The notes under the pieces: model-generated
Told to the model about the DNA's origin: nothing
Database searches by the model: none
What the model saw: the letters and a program-made list of their open reading frames with translations, nothing else
Part shown: positions 1-9,832 of the stretch, in pieces
Position numbering within the stretch: position 1 is the first letter of the stretch
Layout: each line of letters opens with the position of its first letter
Assembly: GCF_018350175.1 (NCBI RefSeq)
Contig: NC_058368.1
Span: 57,042,001 to 57,106,000 of the forward strand
Source of the DNA: Felis catus
Lineage: Eukaryota
Reading direction: 5' to 3'
Length of the DNA: 64,000 nucleotides
Position numbers and translations under genes: made by a program

Positions 1-244
1 CAGAAAAACTAGAACTAAAAGGGTTCAGAGAGAGGCTGACATTTATAGCAAAAATGAAGACTGCCTTTATTAGAGGAGGAACACAGTCTTGACCAAAGCA
101 CGTATGAAATTACAGATGGTAGGTCTGCAGAAGTAGGTTTGGATCATTGTGCCAGGAATTGGAATTTTTTTGTTTTATGAACTTTTTTAGTGAAAGATGA
201 TACAATGTAGATGCTCAGAATGCATAAAATGTTACTTTATTAAA

Positions 245-431
245 TTTTTTTAATGTTTATTTATTTTTGAGGGGTGGGGAGGGGCAGAGAGAGAGGGAGA
301 TACAGAATCCAAAGCAGGCTTCAGGCTCTGAGTATTAGCAGAGTCTGATGCAGGGCTCGAGCTCACCAATAGCAAGATCATGACCTAAGCCAAAGTTGGA
401 CAATTAACCCAATGAGCCACCCAGATACCCC
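245..431 (-). mobile_element. CanSINE (SINEC_Fc-type), diverged
   Basis: Reverse complement of the GGGG..CTGGGTGGCTCA head, (AG)n tract and T-rich tail on the left. Confidence 0.9.
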
Positions 432-494
432 TAAAATTTTTAAATGTTGTTACAGATATGTTCAAGAAAACTGATTAGAAAATATATTAGAACA

Positions 495-860
495 TTACAA
501 TGAACTGTTTATGCCCATCACCCCAAATTCATAAATTGAAACTTGATGCCCAATGTGGTGGGTTTAGGAGGTGGGGCTTATGGAAAGCAATTAGGTCATG
601 AAAGCAAGGCCCTCATGAATGAAATTAGTGCCTTTCTAGAAGAGACTCTAGAAGACTTTTTTGCTCCTTCTGCCATGTGAGCTTATGGTGAAAATATAGC
701 TATCTATGAAGAAACTGGCTCTCAGCAGACATTGAACCTGCAGGTGCCATGATATTGGACTTCCCAGCCTCCAGAACTGTAAGAAATATACATTTGCTAT
801 TTTTAAGCTATCTAGCTTATAACATTTTTTGTTATAGCAGACCAAACAGACTGATAGATA
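495..860 (+). mobile_element. MaLR solo LTR (MLT1A-like)
   Basis: Typical MLT1A blocks: ttaggtcatga..gccctcatgaatg, ggacttcccagcctccagaactgtaagaaat, ttgttatagcag..aacagact. Confidence 0.8.
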
Positions 861-2001
861 TGAAGGGATTACTGAAAGCCAAGTTGAAAGTGATGACCCC
901 AAATTTTCAGGTTTAATAGGGCATCTGCCTATTTGTGTGAGAGTCTACAGCAGCCCACAACTACTAGAAGAGAGCAAAGTATATTAACTGTTAATGCTAC
1001 CGCAGGAGTGAGTTTGAGTTGTGCCAACAACTAAAGACACATTTTTCTTTAATACATTTTCCCATATTCTAACACATTTATATTATACAATATACTAATA
1101 TTACATATTATGACCTTATAAAACAAGGCAAAATCTGCTGGTCAAACATCTGAGACTTAACACTGATAGCATCCTTTTTGCCACCTTTTCATGACTAAGT
1201 GTCTACCTTTATGATTTCTCAGCATATGCTTTGCATACTTTTATTATAGGACTCACCATAACATTATGATCTTTTTTTGTTTGCTTCACTTCCTATTAAA
1301 CAGTACATTTCTTAATGTCAAGAACCTCTTCTTCCTATTTCTTAATCTTAGTAAGTTTTCAAGAAATGCTTGGTCAACAGAAATGAATGAATCTGTGCTC
1401 TACAACTGAAATACCTAAATAAAAAATTCTTAAACAATGATATCCTTGTTTCTATATTTAAAACTTACTTATTGCCAAATTTTGACTAAAAATAGTTTAA
1501 TGTAGTGTTTTTATTATGAAATCACAATGCAGATGGACATATATTCCGGCGATGAAAAATTTATTCTCTTCTATTTTTTTATTCCTAAAATTAAGTATAA
1601 GCTATTATAAATAATGTAGCAGTTGCTACCATATGATCAGCATCATCAACAATGTAATACCATTATAATAAATATAAAGTAGTGTTTACACATATATATG
1701 AATTTACTTTAACCTGGTTATGAAAATGCAAAATACTTTGTCCTAACTCTGACAAGAAGTATATATTTCTATTTTGGGTGTAAATTGTATTGTTTCTAGC
1801 AAAGCTCTGTCTACTGACTATAACTACGTGTAAATAATATTGACTGATTCACATTCTCTAAAGTTAGTATAGAAGCTCTCTGTATTTTTTCAGACATTAA
1901 GGTTCTTTCTGTTTTAAGCCTATGGATGGCACTGATGACTGGGGAATACTGATAAACAGATTCATTTGTTGGAAGGCAGAGGAGATAATGAAGTGAAACA
2001 G

Positions 2002-2365
2002 TCCTCACATTCAGGTGAATTTTAATACAATATGCATTTACCTCTGGCACTGAGCCCCAATGTGCTTTTACCCTTCCTGCTTCTGTTTTTAAAGCTTTCT
2101 ATCCAAAAATATTCCTTTAAAGGCAGAGCATTTATTCTATATTTTGAGGAGAATAACCCTTCCTATATATTCTACCTGTTTATATTCCTCACATTCAGGT
2201 GAATTTTAATACAATATGCATTTACCTCTGGCACTGAGCCCCAATGTGCTTTTACCCTTCCTGCTTCTGTTTTTAAAGCTTTCTATCCAAAAATATTCCT
2301 TTAAAGGCAGAGCATTTATTCTATATTTTGAGGAGAATAACCCTTCCTATATATTCTACCTGTTT
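2002..2365. repeat. Perfect tandem duplication, 2 x 180 bp (2002-2181, 2186-2365) with a 4-nt ATAT junction insert
   Basis: Base-by-base comparison shows the two units are identical. Confidence 0.97.
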
Positions 2366-3188
2366 TAGGGGGTCTTCTAAAATAGAACAATTTTGCCTGC
2401 TAGTGATCTATAAGGATCATTTCTCAGAAAAATAATTTTAGGCAGTCAGAAAATGGAAGTTGTGCAATCCTTCCCTTAAGCAGACTTCAGAGCTTTACCA
2501 TTAACAGAAGAAAGGAAAATGCAGCTGCAACCCTCCAGCTAACTGTCACTGTGTTTTAATGTCGTGATCTGGAAGTTCAGTAGGGTCATCTGAGAATGGT
2601 TCTTGGGCTAATCCTAAGAAATGGCTTAGGGGCGCTGCTGTGGCTGATAGGATATATTCTATCTGCCAGAGGTTTTGGGGCTGCTTAAAGATGTTAGATA
2701 AGAGTATTTTCAGAATGCTGATTACAAGTAATTTTAATAATTAGAGAATGGAGAGGTGTTTGTGGTAGTCTGTGGGACCTTTAATCATCTTCTCTGAGTA
2801 TAAACACATGTATATCCAAAAATAGGATTATACATTGAGGGATTTAAATATATATATATACATATATATTATGATCTGCAATATTTTCATTTCTTGCCCA
2901 TTTTCCTAAAGAGATGCATCTTTTGCTTTCTTATTTTTGTCCTCAATCCACACAACCTTACTATTACCTATAATATTACAAAATAAAGTGTGTGAGGAAA
3001 AATCTATTTCAACTTATTTTCAGCTAAGTCAAGCTTTGAAAATAAATTTCAGAATATCTGAGAGTATATCAAATTCTTGAGTATATTAATCAGTTGTCAG
3101 ATTTAGCAAGCTTTATAAATTCACTTTTTTTTTTTTACTTGAAACTACAAAAGATGTTACAGGTGATTTTAGTTCTAAAATGGTAAAG

Positions 3189-4030
3189 TAAGGAGACCGG
3201 GCTGGGTTGTCGCTGCCACTGCTGCTATGGTGCCAGTGCCTTGAGTCTCATCAAGTCCCATGACAGCCCAGTCAATTTGGGAGGGGACTGGATCCAGCTT
3301 CATTCAACATTACTACCAGTGATTTGGTAACGATAGAACACAACTAGGTGCAATTTATATTGACGCATCATGCCTTACACGGGAAGGACAGCAGTTCCGA
3401 GGGAAAGTTGCCCTTGTCGGAAAGGTGTTTAGCGTTCTGTCCCAGAAAATCCAGCACAGCATCACGGTGCAGGACCATCAGCCACACCAGATAGCTGCAG
3501 AATTAACTTGGCTGTGAGCCAGCTCAAGGCTGTTGAAGACCCTATCATGAGGTTCCACCAGACGTTTTTATTAAAGACCATCAAGAGTTCTTGGGTTTGC
3601 ACCAATGACACGTTCAGGCTTGCCCTGCACAACTTGGGCTCACCCACTCCCAGCCAGGCACTCATGCTGTTTCCTCCTCCCTCCTCTTCCCAATGTTATT
3701 CACACTCCTCCAGATGCTCCAAATATCAGACACAAATGAGCAGGGCCCCTTGGGAGCAGTGCAGTCCAAGGTATTGTGCATGATGTTTCAACTTGTTGCA
3801 TCTGTCAGAGATTTATATTGTACCAGCACATGCCTTGGAAAAATTTAAGTAATGCAAAAGGTTGTTTGTTTTGTTTTGTTTTGTTTTGATCTATTTACAA
3901 GTTGCTTGGGCAACCCAAAGAAATGAAGGAGAAAACAGTTGCCTCAGGGCCCAGATATTGATTTATTCAGATGTGTCAATGCCTCATTATCCAATCAAAC
4001 CACAAAATTTTCTTAACATTAAAAAAAAAA
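3189..4030 (+). pseudogene. NUTF2: Processed pseudogene of nuclear transport factor 2 (NTF2)
   Basis: Intronless CDS relic 3260-3642: M...[43 protein letters not shown]...[19 protein letters not shown]...[19 protein letters not shown]...[16 protein letters not shown], matching NTF2. TGA at 3320, 1-nt deletion near 3482, terminal TGA>TCA at 3640. Poly(A) 4021-4030; TSD taaaatggtaaag at 3176-3188 and 4031-4043. Confidence 0.96.
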
Positions 4031-4259
4031 TAAAATGGTAAAGAATAGTGACCTGTAACAAAATTTTAAATATAAGATGATGTGTACATTTAGTCAAAAG
4101 ACTTCCTACTACCTAATTGGCAATGGGGGATTAGCATATGAGTTTATTGTTACTGTTTTCTTTTGTGATTTTGCTCAGATTTTAACATACTTTACTAAAG
4201 AAAGAAAAAAAAACCATAAATATTTTGTAAAAGATTTTTTCTCAGAGATTTAGATACTC

Positions 4260-4462
4260 GGGCCCCTGGGTGGCTCAGTTAAGCATGCGACTTCTCCTCA
4301 GGTCATGTGTTCTCATGGCTCCTGGGTTGGAGGTGGCATGGGGCTCTGTGTTGACAGTGTGGAGCCTTCTTGGGACTCTCTGCCCCTCCCTCACTTGCAC
4401 TTTCTCTCTCAAAATAAGTAAAAGCTATAATAATAATAATAATAATAATGATAAATAAATAA
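4260..4462 (+). mobile_element. CanSINE, older subfamily with (AAT)n tail
   Basis: SINE head, CT tract, imperfect TSD agatttagat(a/c)ct. Confidence 0.88.
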
Positions 4463-4665
4463 AGATTTAGATCCTAAAACATTTACCATGAACCATATTT
4501 GAACAAACCAAAATAATCTTATGAAAGAATGGAAGAATGTTTTTTCCAACATCTTTATTTAAAGCCAGGTGCTTGTTCAAATAGTAGCTGCTCCTACTGA
4601 AAATAGTTTATTATGAAACAAAAACATACTTTAAAATTATTATGAATGTAACTCTTCTAAAAGAA

Positions 4666-4829
4666 GAGACCTGGGTCGCTCAATCGGTTAAGTGTCTGAC
4701 TTCTGCTCAGGTCATGATCTCATGGTTTGTGAGTTCGAGCCCCTCATCGGGCTCTGTGCTGACAGCTCAGAGCCTGGAGCCTGCTTCAGATTCTGTGTGT
4801 CCCATTCTCTCTGCCCCTCCTCTGCTCAT

Positions 4830-4861
<32 letters not shown>

Positions 4862-4891
4862 AAAAATAAACACTAAAAACTTAAAAATAAA
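4666..4891 (+). mobile_element. CanSINE (SINEC_Fc-type)
   Basis: A/B boxes (gagttcgagccc), cagagcctggagcctgcttcagattc, (CT)n, A-rich tail. Confidence 0.92.
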
Positions 4892-6762
4892 AGAATAAGA
4901 GTACGGAAAATAAGTTATTTAAAAAACTCACAATATATTAGAACTCATGAATTTGACAAAAATTATATGTAATTCTTACAAGAATCCTTCAAATATTATA
5001 TTTTTAGAAGAGTAGGCAGAAAAAAATATAGTTAAATTATTTGCCCATTATCAAACAGATGAAGGATGTGGAGGGCCTGAGATTTCAACCTCCAAATGTT
5101 GAAATTCTGAGTCAATTCCACCATAAACACATTTTTTCTTGGCCCAAATGGGAACTTTTCTGATTAATTCAGAAATAACACTTTCCAATCAATTAATTTG
5201 TGATATAATTTTGTAGAAAACATATAAAAGTACAGTAGGATAATGTCCCCTGTAATCCTAAAATTGCTGTTTTAATGTATTTCCTTATAATCTGTATTCT
5301 ATGTGGTGTGTTTTGTGTGCATGCGTGAATGTGTCTCCATACATATATGAATAGGTAACAACCTCTATATAGTTGAAAATGTATGTTCTTTTTGTGAAAA
5401 TATATGTTCTTTTTTGTGATATCCTTGAATTATGTTCAAAGTTTAAAAGAAATTTTCAGTGATAGATACTCTGAATTCTCTATAAAGAAAGCTGTTCTTA
5501 AGCCTGAACTTTTGTCATTTGAGTTTGGTTGAAAGTGAAGGACAATAGTACATCTATCATCAAGTAGGAAATCAATTCTCTACTTGAATCATTTTCCTAC
5601 TTGTTCTTCAGTAAACTGGTTATTATTTATTCCTTTATCCATTTCACCTATTATATAATCATCAGCTTTTTACAAAAAGAACATTTTCCAAACTTTACTA
5701 ATAATTGCTTTTTAATAACTACACAGGCCCCTCTTCTGAGCACAGTTGGTCATTGGCTTTATCAGAATGATATCTTATATAATAGCTGGTGAACTTGTCT
5801 AAAATGAGTTAATATCTCATTTTCCTTCACATGACAAAACTAAGTATAGCTATATTGCAAAAAAACCTCTCTGCTCAGACAGAGTATTAATATGAAGAAT
5901 CAGTATTCTGCATTAAGTACTTACGCTTCAAGGTAAAATTTGAACGTTGCTTGCGAACTTTTCCTATGTGCTCTGTGCATTTAAAAGTTATTCTGCATGC
6001 AAATATCAAGCATAAATAGACAAGACCAAGTAAATTGTACATTACAACTAAATGTTCTGTAATCTCCATATAGTAAAACTGGAAAGGTCAGAATATCATT
6101 TAATGTTTTACAGTTTATATAAAAATAAACTGAATCTTAGCTTCCCACTTGGCCTTGACAGGTAATATGGTGAAAATAAAAGCTTCTAGACTCCTTCTCT
6201 TTAAGTCACACTGTAATCTGACATCACCTTCAGTTTCTAATTTACCTTTCAGTTTGCTAACCACTTTCAGAACTACTGGTACATAAAGCTCTTAGTCATA
6301 CTCTGCCTCTATTATTATCAAACCTGATCTGCATCTCTATTCACTCACCAAAGAAAATCTGTCTTACATATAATAGCAAGGCAGTTAATGAAATAATTGG
6401 TTTAAAATGTTGTACTCTAATAGTGTACATTGTAAAGATTTTTGCAGGCACGATAGCTTTTGGAATATCATTTTGGGTGTCATTTTTGAAGTGCACTGTT
6501 ATTTAGAATGAATTGCATGACAAATTTAATGCATTTGGTATTTTTCCATGACATTAGTACTATACATACCTTTTCCTCCCTATTTTTTGGTATTGAAAAT
6601 TCTTCTTCCTCTCTTCTTAAGTAGAGCAGCAGTCTGACACTGTGAAAAGATTCTGAGTGTTGAATCAGGACAGAGCTGGCTGATGAGAGGCAGCCCATGT
6701 CTTATAGCCTCAGTCTCTCACTTCTGAGCAGTTTCTAACACCCATTAAAAGTGCTCACTAGA

Positions 6763-6993
6763 GGGGCGCCTGGGTGGCGCAGTCGGTTAAGCCTCCGACT
6801 TCAGCCAGGTCACGACCTCGCGGTCCGTGAGTTCGAGCAGTGAGTTCGAGCCCCGCGTCAGGCTCTGGGCTGATGGCTCAGAGCCTGGAACCTGTTTCCG
6901 ATTCTGTGTCTCCCTCTCTCTCTGCCCCTCCCCCGTTCATGCTCTGTCTCTCTCTGTCCCAAAAATAAATAAACATTGAAAAAAATTTTTAAA
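6763..6993 (+). mobile_element. Young CanSINE (SINEC_Fc) with an internal B-box duplication
   Basis: CpG-rich, near consensus; perfect TSD aaaagtgctcactaga at 6747-6762 and 6994-7009. Confidence 0.97.
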
Positions 6994-7229
6994 AAAAGTG
7001 CTCACTAGAACATCAAATACATTTATGTAAACTTTTTCCATGCAGCATGTTTTGTTTAATTTAATCTTACTATATGTAGTATTCTATTTCTCTCCATATC
7101 CTATACCCGGGGGGTGGGGGTGGGGAGGTAATTTGTATTATACTTGTGTATCAAGGTGGCAGCTTGAGAGATTTTGCAATTAGGAAAACTTTGGCATACA
7201 ATTTTAAGAACTACTAGTGGAGAAAGAAA

Positions 7230-7340
7230 GGACACTGGAGTCAAGTCTTAATGCTACCAGTTAGTGGTTGTATGTCCTCTGGTAGGTCACTTAACCTTCT
7301 AAATTTCAGTTTATTCAGTGTATAAAATAGACATTTTTAT
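7230..7340 (+). mobile_element. MIR fragment
   Basis: MIR core-like ggtaggtcacttaaccttctaaatttcagtttattcagtgtataaaatag. Confidence 0.55.
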
Positions 7341-8269
7341 AATGCATAATTTATTTAGGTGGATTAAAGTTTGCATAGTCGAAGGGTGTAGTGTTTCTGG
7401 GGTGTTAACCAGGCACAGTACACATACAAAAATTATTACTTACCCTTCCTCTCAATTTTGAGGAAACCTAAAATAAGCCAATGTCAGAATTGTCTGCTTA
7501 GTATATGCAGATGTATGTGTCTTTATGCAGCTAAAGAGATGCTAGAAACATAGTGGATGCTTAAAAAAATGTTATGCTTATTGGTTACACGACTGATAAG
7601 TAATTGGTACATACCTGGATAGTGACTAAATGTGGGAATTGACGTAGTCCAGCAAGGAAGGAAGCAGCATTTTATGACATACATTGTTTAGAATTGTTGA
7701 TATACGATGATGGTAAAACGTACACCCATTTTTATTCTATTTCATTACTGTTTCAAAATTTTCCATGGAGGATATAACCCCCTCCCCTTATTGCATTGCC
7801 TTTTTGATACACTGTTGATGGAACTGGTTGGTTTTGGCTGTTGTCTAATCAGTGTTGTTCACTTCCCAGGTCTCCCCAGTTAGTGCTTATTTCTGATATT
7901 GATGTGAATGCTGCTCTGAGGTCAAATATTGTTAATATCATTTGTGGGTACTAAAAAACCAGATATGAAAAGAATTGTAGGGACACTGAGAAATTCAGTT
8001 GATTCCCATTCATCCTAAAAAATCTTTTAAGATGCTATATTTCTGATGAGATTGAATGTAATTTTAACTGCATTTATAACTATAAGTAAGAATCACAGGA
8101 TTAAAAGAGTGTTATCAAAGGGGCCTTGATTTTTTTCAAACACAAAGAATAATCCTTACCATGTTTCAACTTTTACCGACATCCAGACTATTAAATGTAC
8201 TTAAAGGAGAAGATAAAAATGACTTTGATATGCTAGCACAGACCTTTCTTTCTTTCAGTTACTTCAAAG

Positions 8270-9140
8270 TTGCTGTCTTCCATTTCTACTCCAGAATTCT
8301 CAAAGGAATAACCTTGACTCTCTTTGTCTACTTCTGCACCTCCCATTCACTATTCAACCCACTGCAGTCTGGCTTCTGTTCTCAGCACTTAGCTAAAACT
8401 GCTATTATTTGGAAGGTCACCAAGGAGTTCCTAATTCCCATATCTAATGAATGTTACTTCATTTGATATTATTGAAACACTATTCCATTTATTTCTATGT
8501 TTGCTCTTTCTTATTTTTACTATCTTCTTATGAGCATATTTATATCTTTTGTACATTCTATATATTTGTGTTTTACAGAGTTTCCTAGATCTGTTGCTCT
8601 TCTCACTTCACAAACTTTCTTATTATTTCCTTCCACCAACTTGCTTATTCTTGTGGCATCAATGACCTTGTATGTGTTGATTCCCAAACCTATTATTTTA
8701 ATATCAGAACTTGAAGTTAAGATTTATGTATATAATCATGTTTGCTTTTCCTCACCTCTCCATCTAGAGATCGTACAGGTATGAACAAACTCCAAAATTG
8801 AATAAGTTCTGTCTATATGTAAATAATTCTGTATTTTCTAAGTTTGTACTATTATCCATCTATTTTCCAATCCTAAGAAACTATTGATATTTTTAATTAT
8901 CTTTCACTTATATTTAATGAATAGTCTGTATTCCTAAGTTGCTTAATTTTCATTTCTATTTCAGCTTCTCAAGGTCAAGCCTTTTCTGTCTGTAATTAGG
9001 TATAATTATTATAGAAATAGCCTATCCCACTATACCCATTCTCCAGAGAGTCAACATCAAGTACTATAATGCAAATATTATCATGTCACTTGATAGTAAG
9101 TGTCCAAGCATGTTTTTATAGGCTGTCTAAAAATATAAAG
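8270..9140 (+). mobile_element. L2 LINE relic (RT region)
   Basis: ORF 8161-8466 contains HSLFNPLQSGFCSQHLAKTAIIWKVTKEFL, resembling the L2/CR1 RT motif [27 protein letters not shown]; pyrimidine-rich L2-like continuation. Confidence 0.75.
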
Positions 9141-9246
9141 TCACAATATCACATTTCTATTTTCCCATTTTGCCTATTGTGGAAAATATTATTTTCTTCT
9201 TGGTACAGTGTCCACTCCATTGGCAAGTTAAAAAGATGAAAAAACT

Positions 9247-9468
9247 GGGGCGCCTGGGTGGCGCAGTCGGTTAAGCGTCCGACTTCAGCCAGGTCACCAT
9301 CTCGCGGTCCGTGAGTTTGAGCCCCGCGTCGGGCTCTGGGCTGATGGCTCGGAGCCTGGAGCCTGTTTCCGATTCTGTGTCTCCCTCTCTCTCTGCCCTT
9401 CCCCCGTTCATGCTCTGTCTCTCTCTGTCCCAAAAATAAATACACGTTGAAAAAAACATTAAAAAAAA
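9247..9468 (+). mobile_element. Young CanSINE (SINEC_Fc)
   Basis: Near-consensus CpG-rich sequence with A tail; TSD only partly matching (aaaaagatg...act). Confidence 0.97.
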
Positions 9469-9797
9469 AAAAAGATGGACTTACTGAGTCCAAGGAGTCA
9501 GTGGCTTCATTTGGTCCAATGGGTAAAACTTGAAGGTATGATCTTCCAGCAATCAGAATCAATTCTCTGCTTCCATTGCTGCTTTTACTAGTATGCAATA
9601 TTATTCCTGCAAACAGGCAATTTCTGTATGGTGTTCTCCCTTATGTGTTCATGTAACAATGGACATTGCTGCTAGAGTTTCAATATTTGTTTCTTAGAGG
9701 AAAAAAATTTCTCTCTCCAGGGTTATTTTAAACCATAATACATATACCATAATATATACCAACATAATTCTTGATTCCCAGTGAAATACCATTTGAT

Positions 9798-9799
9798 CA

Positions 9800-9832
<33 letters not shown>
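9798..9832. repeat. (CA)n microsatellite
   Basis: Visible dinucleotide run. Confidence 0.95.

Noticed and set aside
3508..3783. 91-aa ORF as a functional gene
   Set aside because: TTG start; it is the C-terminal fragment of the disabled NUTF2 retrocopy reading into its 3' UTR
6763..6860. tRNA-like A/B boxes here and in the other SINE heads
   Set aside because: tRNA-derived SINE heads followed by a CT tract and A tail, with no acceptor stem; not tRNA genes
8161..8784. Two ~100-aa + strand ORFs
   Set aside because: They overlap a decayed L2 element (QSGF motif) and T-rich low-complexity sequence
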